Source of the DNA: Vicugna vicugna | Lineage: Eukaryota | Reading direction: 5' to 3' | Assembly (NCBI GenBank): GCA_013265495.1 | Contig: MU058687.1 | Coordinates: 2,234,001-2,298,000 of the forward strand | DNA length: 64,000 nucleotides | Part shown: positions 34,791-45,851 of the stretch, piece by piece | Layout of the letters: each line of letters begins with the position of its first letter | Numbering within the stretch: position 1 is the stretch's first letter | The notes under the pieces: model-generated | What the model saw: the letters and a program-made list of their open reading frames with translations, nothing else | Told to the model about the DNA's origin: nothing | Databases searched by the model: none | Program-made: the position numbers and the translations under genes

Positions 34791-35677
34791 ACACCTACAC
34801 TTGTAACTGCCTTTCTTGTGTTGTATCTCAGCACCGTGCAAGGCTTAGTGGAATTACGGAATATCAAAGCTGCAGGAGACCCCAAACAAGTAATGAGTAC
34901 TTCCCCATTCTGTAGGTGGAAAAACCAAGTCCAGCTGTCAGAGCACTCTCAGTCCAGTGCTCAGGCCAATACAGGACCCTGTGAGGGTCCTCACCTCCTG
35001 GAGTGGACTGAGGGGCTGCTGGGACACTTTCTGTGCATTTTAGCAAATGCTCCAGTCTGTGGACAAATGTACTCATGGGTTTTAGAAACCAAAAGTTTAG
35101 AAGGTAGAGGCGAGAGAGAAAGCATCTAGAATTGGCCCAATGGTGAGGTGTGCTGGATGGGAGGCCACTTATACCCCCTAAGTCAGGATCCAGGACCACT
35201 ATTTTCTGGAAGCCTCTGGATGATATGCCCCAATCCAAAAACAAGTGTGGCAGGCAGCCTTAAAAAACCGTGGGTGTGTGTAAATATCACATTTCTCCAT
35301 GGCCAGGGCCCCACTTAGCCCCCAGCACATCTCCGAGGCTCCGCCCTCACCTCCACCTCCCTCCTGCCCTTCACCGCCCTTGAGTCCCAGGCTCCAGCGC
35401 TGCTGAAACACTCTATTTTCCTGAACGTGGGCCAGGCTGGGTTGCACTCCTGTGTCCTGGCTCACACAGACACATTTACGATTGTTTATCCCCTCCTAAG
35501 AGAAGCCCTTCCTCGCGCTCGCTCTTGTAGAAGTCACCTCTCTGGCTCTGGTCCACTCATGTCCCCTGTGCCCCTTCTACAGTCTTCCTGGAGTTTCAGT
35601 TCTGTGTCTTTCCACCAGGGCTGAGATTCCTTGAGCCAGGAACTGTGTTGCAAATATTCAAAAGAATGTCCTAAAGA

Positions 35678-35680
<3 letters not shown>

Positions 35681-35708
<28 letters not shown>
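35681..35708. repeat. (TG)14 microsatellite
   Basis: Direct read. Confidence 0.95.
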
Positions 35709-35712
<4 letters not shown>

Positions 35713-36279
35713 CCTCAGTGCACACTATAGTTGCTCAATACACTTTTGTGAATCCAGTTCAGAGAAGGAGCAATGGCTAAACAATCAGGCTGTGAAGGGA
35801 GCTGACCACTCAGCTCAGGGTCGGCTCCAGGTGGGAGAGTGATGTGGGGACCCATCAGCTGGTATTTTACGGTATTTAAGAAAAAGCAATTGGCAACCTG
35901 TTTGGCCATCATGCCCCGCTAACTCCAGTGTAAAATTGGATTCCCATTCTGGGAAAGGAGCCACCAATAGACTTGTTTTCTCAGGGCCCAGGAAGGAGTG
36001 AGAAGGAGGTGGTTCCCAGCCCAAGAATAAACGAGCAAGTCAGTCTCAGGTTTAATTCCTCTTTGACCTCATGTCCCTGACTGTCACTGCCACTGCCACC
36101 AGGCAGTCCCAGTGCACCAGTTTCCCATCCCTATCCCTCTGCAGGGAGCCCGAAGCTCTGTGCTCCTCAACATCAGCTGGCCCAGCTGCAAACAGCTGGG
36201 CGCAGCACAAACACTGCACAGCACAAACCAGGCCCTGACCTATGCAAACACAAGCAGAATTACAGCCACCCAGAAACAA

Positions 36280-36710
36280 ATTAGCATCCTTTAAAAGGTG
36301 AAAAGCTCCATAAAACGTCTGGGTTTTGTTTACGGCTCCGAGGTGGGGGTGTTGGGGAGTTGGATTAAATCACGGGGGTGCTGGTGTGGCGCTGGCTCTC
36401 CCTCCTTCCTCTCGCCTCCCCCAACCAGTGGGCACACAGACCTGGGCGGGTGCTCTCAGGCACACACAGCCCCGCCTTAAATGGCCGCTCGGTCCGTCCT
36501 GCCGTTGTTCCAGCCAGCCCGGGTCCCAGCAGGTGTTCCCTAATTAGCAATCTCTTCATTTCCAATCAAAGCACAAAGCGGCCCCAAAAGCCTGTCTTTA
36601 TGAGGGAGCCAGCAGCGGCTAGGGATGTGCGGGGGGATAATTGTCTTCGCCAGTGGCGGCAGTAAGCGGGCTGGCTAATTCATTATTGTAATAACTTTGC
36701 TTGTCTTTGG
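36280..36710. promoter_or_regulatory. Candidate CpG-containing developmental enhancer
   Basis: CTAATTAG at 36540, ATCAAAG at 36565, ACAAAG at 36573, TAATTCATTA at 36676; CpGs retained and no repeats. Confidence 0.45.
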
Positions 36711-36733
36711 GGAGGTGGGGGTGAGGGAGGGAG

Positions 36734-36832
36734 NNNNNNNNNNNNNNNNNNNNNNNNNNNNNNNNNNNNNNNNNNNNNNNNNNNNNNNNNNNNNNNNNNN
36801 NNNNNNNNNNNNNNNNNNNNNNNNNNNNNNNN
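36734..36832. other. Assembly gap (99 N)
   Basis: Run of N flanked on both sides by G-run-rich sequence. Confidence 1.
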
Positions 36833-38104
36833 TCTATGGCTGAGGGTGGGGCGGGGTGAGGGTCTGGGGTAAAGGGGTGGGGAACCGAGGAGCGAATGAA
36901 CGATGCACCTGCTCACTCTGTCTCCCCGCCTGGCCCGGCACCCACTTCCCACGGCGGGTGAGTGACACGGCTTGCCAGCCCTCGGCAGCAGCCACTGAGT
37001 AGCAAGAGGTCCAGACTTTCCACAGTGTGGGGAGGGGCCTTGGATTCTGAAGAGGCTCTGGAATCTGGGCAGCAAATGATCCATTACCCTCCAGGGATGG
37101 AGGGGCTAAGGCCCAGAAGTCTTAGGATCAGGGCCATGTGGTGGGGTCCCCAGAGCCAAGCCTCAGTCTCCCCAAAGGCTGAACTCCTGGACTCTGACTG
37201 TCATCCAGCCTGGACACAGTGGCAGAGGGTCGACAGTTTGAATGTCCCAAAGAACTGCCTTACATGTTTGTTGGCAGAACGGTATGGGTGACAACCCACA
37301 GACCCCTCCCAGCCCGCAGGGCTACAGAGGTGACTGAGTGCGTCTCTGAAATGAGGCTGAGAGGGCCCCAGGCTGGGGCTGCCCCCTGGCTCTGTCTGGC
37401 ACACTCTCCCTGAACCGTTTCTCCCACGGTGAGCAGGGCACCGGGAGTGAAAGTTTGGAGAGCCCCTCCCTGGCAGCTGTGGGCTGGGTTGTCAGGTGGC
37501 TCTGTGAAGCATTCGAATTCCTGCTGAGCCTTCACCTGAAACCAAATACAGGTGTAGAGGCAGGAAGGGAGGGCGTCCCCAGTGGAGCAGACAGCCTCGG
37601 CAAAGACACAGTGAATTCCAGGGTGGGGGTGAAAGGGGGCAGGTCTTGAGGGATGAGGGGTGAGTGAGGGCCTGTACTGAGGCCTCATGGGAGATTCTGG
37701 GAATGGAGGGGGAGGCCGGCCCACAGAGGGTCTGGCTGGCAGTTGAGGGCTCAGTCTGCATCTCTTGTGCCCCTAAATCAGCAGAAACAGCAGCCCTGCT
37801 AGAGAGCCTGTGGATGGCCTTGCCCTGCCCTGGAAGGAAGGCCTTAGGGTAAACCCTCGGCTTCCCTTGTCTGCAGGCCTTGCCCTGACTGGAACTCACG
37901 GGAGATGGCTGGGCTGAAACAGGGGCCTCCACAGGATCAAAGGGAGAGAGATAGGCTTTCCCAGATTCCTTCCTCAACCCTGCAGCTGCAGCCTCAAATC
38001 CCATCACTGGGGCTTGTCAGGGGACCTTAGAAATGTAACAGCCCTTGCCTGGCTCCTCACAGCCTGTCTGAGCTGAACCGTTAATGGCCTTCGTGCACGG
38101 CGGC

Positions 38105-38295
38105 GACCACCCAGTGGTTAGGACTGTGGGCCCTAGAACCGGAAGACCTGTGATCACAGCCCTGCTCCATCAGCTCATTCACCTTTGTGTGCCTCAGTTT
38201 CCTCATTTGTAAAATGGGGATGAGAGAGTCCCTAGGTCACATGAGTTAATACGTGTGAGGTGTACAGCACAGTAGTGAGGGCTCCAGCTGTCTAG
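38105..38295 (+). mobile_element. MIR SINE
   Basis: gtgcctcagtttcctcatttgtaaaatggggatga. Confidence 0.8.
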
Positions 38296-38322
38296 CTCCC
38301 GCTTTTAAAGACATGGGGATGG

Positions 38323-38504
38323 GATTAATACAAAGTATTATGTATAAAAAAAAAGCCACAAGGATATATTGCACAGCACAGGGAATATAGCCAATACGTT
38401 ATCATAACTATAAATGGCATATAATCTTTAAAAATTGTGAATCCCTATGTTATACACCTGAAACTTATGTAATACTATAAATCGACTATACCTTAATGAA
38501 AAAA
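38323..38504 (+). mobile_element. 5'-truncated artiodactyl L1 with perfect 16-bp TSD
   Basis: acaaggatatattgcacagcacagggaatatagccaat...tatacacctgaaact plus A tail. TSD aaagacatggggatgg at 38307-38322 and 38505-38520, at a TTTT/AAAG site. Confidence 0.9.
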
Positions 38505-39211
38505 AAAGACATGGGGATGGAGAGGGGGCATGTGAGGGGCTGGCGAGGGGGTTTCAGAGCTTCATGCTTGTTCCTTCACCTGTTTTTTCCCTCTTCCGTG
38601 AAGGGGGACTGGGGAGGCTGAACTTGGACCCTCCAAGGTTCTCAGGTTGAAGGACACTGGCGGGGGGGGGGAGTGCCCTGCTGTGCAGCAGCCTGTCTTC
38701 TTATCTAGGGGCCTATCTTAGAGCTCTCCACAGTGACCTGGAGGCGGAGGCCCAGCCTTGTTCCCTCTCAGCCCTGCTGCTGTATGTGTGGTTCTGATGG
38801 GGAGGCACTGCGGCTGGTTCCTAAGCCTTGGGGGTCGGGAGGTGAGGGGTACACCCCTGGCTGTGCTGACTGGGAGTCTCCGGGCTTGGTCTGGCCCACT
38901 GAACAGAGTTTGGTCATGGCTTGGGCCACTGTGGCTTTGGTCCCTGCCTCTCACCCTAGCTTAAGAGTCAGGAAAATCAAAAAGCCAGCCTTGCCTCCCT
39001 CTCACCGCCTGGTTTACAGATCATTCTTTCAACAGATATTTATGAAGCATCTATTATATGCCTAGTGGGAAAAGCCAGTGCTACAGAAGTAAATAAGAGG
39101 ATGGTGGGGCAACCTCTTTCTGAGGATGGAGAAGGCAACTTAGAGGAGGTGACACTTAAGCTTCAGCGTGGGTGACTGAGAGAGCTAAATTAGGATCCAT
39201 GTGGGCTAGAG

Positions 39212-39545
39212 CAGAGCCGTCCAGTGGAAATATAATGCAAGCCACAGATGGAAGCCACTTGGGTAATTTAAAATTCTCTAGTACCCGCATTTTAAAAAAG
39301 TCAAAATAAACTGGTAAAATTAATGATATATTTTATTTAACCCAGTATATCAAAATATTAAATATCTCAGTAATAATTTTTATAATAAATATTATTACTG
39401 AGATATTTTACATTCTTTTTCTTGTACTACACCTTTGAACTCTGATGTCTATTTTACACTCACAGCACTTTTCAATTCAGGCCAACTGCATTTCAAATGC
39501 TTAAGAGCCACATGTGGCTAGTGGCTACCATATTTGACAGAACAA
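39212..39545 (+). mobile_element. MER33-like hAT-Charlie DNA transposon
   Basis: gtccagtggaaatataatgcaagccaca ... gagatattttacattc ... gccacatgtggctagtggctaccatatttgacag. Degenerate 8-bp TSD ggctagag/gtccagag. Confidence 0.85.
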
Positions 39546-39553
39546 GTCCAGAG

Positions 39554-39760
39554 GTTAAGAGTACTAAGTCTGGAGCCGCTGGCTAGCTGTGTGACCTTGG
39601 GCAAATTGCTAAACCACTCTGTGCTTCAGTTTCTTTATCTGCAAAATGGGATCATAATAGACCCTATCCCTTGGAGTTGTTACGAGAATTAAGCTCATAA
39701 ACATAAAGACCTAAAATAGTGCCAAGCAAGCAGAAAGTGCTATCTAGGTGTTAGCTATTA
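39554..39760 (+). mobile_element. MIR SINE
   Basis: agctgtgtgaccttgggcaaatt...ctctgtgcttcagtttctttatctgcaaaatggg. Confidence 0.85.
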
Positions 39761-41611
39761 AGAAGAATTAGAAAAATGAGAATAATAGTCTCTTGAAGGA
39801 AAAGCAGTCAAGACAGAAAACCAAGAGCACAAGAAGGAGTGGCCAGTGTGGGGGATGGGGTGGGGTGGGAGGGGCAGCAGAGAAGGAGGCTGGCATGGTG
39901 GCCACCATTGCGTCCAGTCTTGAAGGGCTTGGTTTCCTTTTCTGTTCCATGAGCAGAGTCTGCAAAACCAGAGAGAAAATTCTAGGGGCTGAGACTTTGC
40001 CTGACACCTGTTCCCATCTCAAGGGACAGGGTGCGAGCCCTGGGTGGGGGCTCTGATGTAGCCGTCAGTCTTCCCCGTCTTGCTCTGACTCTGAAACTGT
40101 TGCATGCCTCCCGCCCACAGCCTTCTGGGAAGCGCTGGGGCATCAGCTGGAGGGGGAATATTAATGATTCAATTTTCAGCCGGGTTCCACTCCAGGGCCT
40201 CGCCTGCGACATGCATTTTTAATCATAACAAAACAGAATGACAAAGGGAGTCATTTGCAGCAGGCAGCCCCTGCTGGCTTCCCCCCCCCCATCAAAGGTC
40301 TGCTCTGGGGGGAGGGGGGAGCTGGCTTCCTGGCCGATAAGACATTCCCCATTCTGGTGGGGAGACTGCTCCTCAGCTTCAGAGAGGGTCTAGCTGTGGA
40401 CCCAGCTTCTGGCCATGCCATGGCCTACAAGTCATTCTCTCTGGGCTGTGACTCTTCCAAAAGGGGGTTACGGTTGGGGGAACCAGAAACATTTGGGTGC
40501 CCATTGGCTAGGGCTGGCAGAAGCTGGGGATAGCAGAGACTTGACCCTCTCTCCCAGGGTTCTGGCTGATTCACAGCGGGGACAGGGAACCATGGTGGTG
40601 ATGAGGGGCCATGTGTGTGTGGAGGTTACAGAGGAATCTACCTGCCCACCCTCCAAGGCCTGGAGTCATTCTTCTTTCTCTTAGCCTCTGTCAGGCTTGG
40701 GGTTGGGTACCCGGAGCCACCCGTCTGGGCTGCCCTCACTGTGGTGGTACCTGGTGCTTGGCTGGCCCTTCTCTGAAGGAGGCGGCACCTTAGTTCCCTA
40801 TTGGATCACCTGCTGCAGGGATGGCCCATCCTATTTGGCGACTAGCTTTGCACTGAGTCAGTTTGGAATTGTCCTCTTCACCCTTCCTGATATCCTTGAA
40901 GTTCCACTTGCATCCCATCTCCTCCATGAGCCTTCCCTGACTCCCCTGACTCACAATGACGATCTCCGTCAGCCAACTCCCTGTCTCCTTTCCAGCCACA
41001 TTACCCAAGTCTGCACCACTCCCCTGGCACTTCTGCTGTCCTCTGCGCAGCCCTCTGTCCATCCTCCCAATCACCGAGCATCCAGGATGCACCAGGTGCT
41101 GCACCTGCTCCCTCCATCTAGTGGGGAAGGCCAGTGATCGGCCCATAAACCTGTTCACTATATGGGAAGTGCTGTGGTAGGAGGTGTAAAGGAAGGTGTA
41201 GGGGCGCTGAGGCCAGTACACCTTAATGTGGGCATGCTATTTATTCCACCAATGTTTATGAAGGCCCTACTACGTGCCAGCCACTGTGCTGGGTGCTGCA
41301 GCTACAGTGGCAAAAAACCCAGACACTTCTCTGCCTTCAGAGAGTTTACAGTTTGGTGGAAAAGATTAAGCAAACCAACAGGTGTCCCATGCTTCTTTTT
41401 ATATCTACCCTTGCATCTTGTACACAGCAGGTGCTCAGTAAATGCTTGCTGGCTGATTGGTTCAAAGTTGCCTAATTCTCATATGTGCCACTTTCTTCCC
41501 CCTTGCTTTATGTTTGTGAGGTTGATTCCTAGGTTGGGCTTTTACCTGCTTCCCACCAGGAAGTAGTCCCCCCTGTCCTGGCTCAGCTAGCTCTGATTTC
41601 AGGTGTGAAAC

Positions 41612-41880
41612 ATTAATAATAGCAACCACCAACATTTATTAGGTGCTTGTTTTGTGTCAGGTGCTAAACACTTTGCCAAGACAGGTAATACAATCTTATT
41701 TAATCTTCACAACAACTCCATTGAATAGGTACTATTATTTCAATCCATTTTATCAAAGAGGAACATCAGGCACAGAGAGGTTAAGTCACTTGTCTGAGGT
41801 TGCACAGCAAATAATGGGCAGAGTTGGGAGACTGACCCAGGCAGTCTGAACTCAGAGTCTGTGTTCTAAACCATACTGTG
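41612..41880 (-). mobile_element. Near full-length MIR SINE
   Basis: aacatttattaggtgctt...tgtcaggt...ggcacagagaggttaagtcacttgtctgaggttgcacagc. Confidence 0.85.
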
Positions 41881-42509
41881 TCACCCTGCAGCTGCCTCCT
41901 ATCATGTATAAGACAGGTCAGAAAGACCTATTTTCACTCTGTCTGCCGAAACTTTCTGCCTTTTAGTTAACTATTGCTGGCTACACCTAGGCTGTGCACC
42001 AACTGTCCCAAGAATCACAGAGGCAGTGCTCGGGGGCCTCTGGGGGCCTCTCCTGCATTGTCCTCATGCATCAGCCAAGGGAACCAAGGACCAGGGAGCG
42101 GAAGGGCCTGGACCAAGGGCTTAAGACCAAGTCTTGACTGCGTGGCTCTCCCAGCCCAGGCCAGCCACAGCCCCGGGCTGATGTCCAGAGGATCATTCTA
42201 CACAGGTTAGTAGAGGTGGGCGACAGACAGCTGGTCTCCGATGAAGAGGGCAGAAAGGCGTATGAGCAGCCCTTGACCCCTTGAGTCTGCTCCTGACTCT
42301 CAGCAGTCCTTGAAATCCAGACCCTTATTCCTGGGCTCTCAGGCCCATTGCTCTCCCCCCTCCTCCCCCGCTGTCCCCGACTTCATAGCCCCCGCACCTC
42401 CCTTTCCATTGTCCCTGGGGCATCAGACAGCAGCAGCCCAAGCTTCTCCCCACAGAGCCCAGGGCAGGAGTGGGAGTAGGGAGTCTGCCCCAAGGACCCT
42501 CCTCACTCT

Positions 42510-42920
42510 TCATTCATCCCAGCACCTGTGCTAACCTGTTCTGGGGGTGGAGACACAGCAGTGAACCAGACAGACAAAAGTCCTTGCCCTCATGGATCTT
42601 ACATTTATGTGTGCTGGGGGGGTTAGGGGTAGATAAAAACCAAACCAAACCTAAGATCATAAGTGCATTTATTATATTAAATAGGTAAGTGCATGGAGAA
42701 ATAGGGAAGCAAAGGAGCCAAAGAGCCCTTACAACAATTGAGTAGAGACCTGAAGGAGGTGAGAGAGCGAGCCCTGCAAAAGTCCAGAGAAGAACATGTC
42801 AGGTATAAGGAACACACATCAAGTGCAAATGTCCTGAGGTAGAAATGGGCTCAGTGTGTTCTAGGCACAGCAAGGAGGCTAGTAGCTCGTGTGGAGCAAA
42901 TGAGAAGTATAGGAGATGTG
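42510..42920 (-). mobile_element. L2 fragment
   Basis: ggagacacagcagtgaaccagacagacaaaagtccttgccctcatgga ... gagacctgaaggaggtgag ... gcacagcaaggaggctag. Confidence 0.7.
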
Positions 42921-43779
42921 CTGAGAGAGTGAACCTCCGAGGATGGATAGACACACCTCTGACGCCACTGACCGAAGGTGTCAATGAGAGACAGAAATCA
43001 CTTGCAGTGGCCCAGGCTTGCTGGGACTGATGCTTCCTATCCAGTGGATGGAGGTAGAGGATTTTCACCATGAAGTCAGTCTCCCTGAGCTGCCCTGGTT
43101 GGCTCAAGATATACAAGAAGGTTTGTGAAAACCACTGGCAGGTAGAAAGAGTACACAGTGTTAGATGTTTCTGTTCTTGCCAACCCCTGCCTCATGACCA
43201 AGGGAGTTTCAGAAAAAGACTAGTCCACTTACACCCCTTGTCTTCCTCTCACCTTCCATGGCACTGTGGGCAGAATCCACCGAACTTTCTAGGGAATGGG
43301 TGATGGGATGTGTGTTCGGAGTGGGAGTTGGGGCAAATTCTTGATTTTTCATCCGACTGAAGCTCCATCCACCTGGAATTCTTTACAATGGAAATGATCT
43401 TTCTCTTCACTCCAGAAAAGGACTTTTAAAAGCTCCTGTTCCCTTAGCTGCCCTAGGAAAGAGGCCACAGTCAATCACTGACTTTTCCAGGAACTCATGA
43501 GATAGTGGTCATTGTTCTGAGGGGGCTGTACCCTGGGGACACTCAGTGAACACAGCCTCATTACTTAGCTCTCCTGTGTCTCCTGCTCGCCAGGGGGTAG
43601 GAGTCCCTAATGTGACACGGGTCCCGTGGGAACACAGGCCACAGTGCTGTGGCTATTTTGCCCAGTGGAGCCTGAGGCTTCTGCTCTCTGTGCTTCTGTT
43701 GCCTCCTCCTCCTTCCTGCCTGCAGCCGCCTCTCTCGGATTTCAGGGCAGGTTTTATTCCCGAGCTGCCTGAGGGCTCC

Positions 43780-44010
43780 TCTTTCTGATTGTATTAAAGT
43801 CTCCGTAATTCTTCCCTCATTAATGATTGGCATTTTTTTACCTCTCACTAAAGGAGCTTCAAGGCGACTCCCGGGGGGCCCTACTCTCCGAATGAAACAA
43901 TTTCGTCCCGCTCCAGAAACGCATTAGAAAAGGTTTGTCAGGATCTTATCACCAGTTAGAGAAAGCTAATCAAATTACTCCTATTTATTAGCTGGTACCG
44001 CACTGTCAGT
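43780..44010. promoter_or_regulatory. Candidate enhancer with a paired-homeodomain P3 palindrome
   Basis: TAATCAAATTA at 43967-43977, GATA site TCTTATCA near 43944, CATTAATGATTGG near 43818. Confidence 0.45.
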
Positions 44011-44689
44011 CCATCAGGCCCTGGTCCTGGGGTGGGCAGGGACGGAGCATTCTGGCTGCTGGAGGCGGGCAGCGCTGAATGGTCAGTCCAGCCTCTCTGC
44101 TCCCAGCTGGCACCTCGGCACCAGCCCTGCCTCCCCGGAGAGCCAGGATGAGCTATTGATACACCTAGCCGTAGTCATCTCTTACTCAGCCCTGACGGCT
44201 CCTCGTGGGTACCTGCGTGTTCTCATAGCCAGAGGGCGCATCTCAGCCCCAGACTGCCTGTCCTTGGCAGAGCTGGGAAGGAAATTGCCGTGGATTTATG
44301 AGAACACACGTATTCTCCCCTACTTTGGGAGAGAAGAGTATAGGCTTTTGCCTTCCTCTGGGAAATAGTTTTTTTTTAAGAAAATAGTATTTTTAAGAAA
44401 ATGAGTGTAGAAAACAGTATGTATCTAGCACCGAAAATTGACAATTGCTAATATGTTGTGATATATGTGTCGTGTTTTAATAATAGAATTCATGTGTCAG
44501 GTAAGTTAGAGACCTCTGTGCCCATCCTCCAGGGCCATTACCCCCTCCTTCCCCAGGGACAAGTGTCATGAATTTACTATGTATGTTTCTGGGCCTTTAA
44601 AAATTCTTTTAAATAACATATGTGTATCCAAGGATGGCGCGATCTACTGAGTTGTTTCTCCTTTCCACTCTGTAGCATCATGGACTCTG

Positions 44690-44870
44690 GCATCAAAATG
44701 CAGCTTGCAGCTCTGTGACCGTGGGCACGTAACCTAACTTCCCCATGCCTCCTCAGGGGAAACTGAGGAGTTGGGAATAACAACAGCACCCACGTGATAG
44801 AACCTGTTGTGAGGACGAAATGAAATAACAAACGCAGTTCGTAATGTATCTGGCACGTGATGAGCGCTCG
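44690..44870 (+). mobile_element. MIR SINE
   Basis: ctctgtgaccgtgggcacgtaacctaac...gttgtgaggacgaaatgaaataa...tggcacgtgatgagcgctc. Confidence 0.7.
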
Positions 44871-45259
44871 CAGATGAAGGACATCCTCACCGCCATCCTC
44901 TTCCCCTTCCGCCTGCACCTCGTGGGGAGCCCATGTGGCTTCTGGGCTCCACTTCAAGTGTTCATGTTCAGGCCCACCCAGCTTGAGACTGCTTGAGGCT
45001 GTGTGGCGTCCCCTTGTGCGGACGTGTGTGCGCTTTGCGAGGAGTCCTGGAGCGCTACGATTCGCCTCTCCGTATGGAAAAGGCGGGCTGGGTGGGAGGA
45101 TCGGGCCAGGCTTGCTCCTCGGCCCTGCACCCCCTGAGCAGAAGTACAGCCCTCTAGCCTGGCCAGCCCGAGGCAACGGGGGCTCTTCCAGCTGCACAGC
45201 TGCCTCCGAGGCCCCAGGAACGGTTCAAAAGGCTGTGCCGCGTGCCCCATCACGTCGCA

Positions 45260-45515
45260 CAAAAGGACATATTGATTGGTTTGTAGGAGCATTTCCTGGG
45301 GTCCTTTATATCTCTCTCCTTCGCCACCGTAATGAAGGGGCCGAGTGCACAGAGGTGGGGAGAGGCCGGCACACATCCATCCGGGTGGGATTTCTTCATC
45401 TTATCAATCAGGACTTTAATTAGACACGTCCGAGAGGGCAGTTCCATCTTGGGGCAGGCGGCAATCTTTATCAAGCATGCCACATCTCTAATTACTGTGT
45501 ACTGACAGATAACAA
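45260..45515. promoter_or_regulatory. Candidate PBX/MEIS/GATA/homeodomain enhancer
   Basis: ATCAATCA at 45403, TAATTA at 45417 and 45489, TGACAG at 45503 overlapping AGATAA. Confidence 0.4.
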
Positions 45516-45808
45516 CTGGGGGGGCAGGGTGGGGAGCCCAGGAGGCAGGGAAAGGAGACAGCGGGACATGGCGAGTGGCTGTTCACCCAGGGAGAGCGTC
45601 CTTCCCAGACAACCTGGAAGGAATCACTGCGGCTCTGATCCCCAGGGGCAGGGGATGTGGCCTCAGATAACAGCCCTCTGAGTGACTGCAGGGATAGGGC
45701 ACAGGGAATGGCCTCGCCGTAGATGTGCAGATGTCTCCAAGGATCCCTGTCTCTCACCCCTGTGCTCCTGACACATACTTCTCTCTTTTCGTTAGTTCTG
45801 AATTCCCC

Positions 45809-45810
<2 letters not shown>

Positions 45811-45848
<38 letters not shown>
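45811..45848. repeat. (TG)19 microsatellite
   Basis: Direct read. Confidence 0.95.

Positions 45849-45851
<3 letters not shown>

Noticed and set aside
36683..37084. ORF containing a run of X
   Set aside because: Artefact of translating across the N gap.
44577..45197. 206-aa minus-strand ORF
   Set aside because: It reads through a MIR and a CpG patch; a chance ORF.
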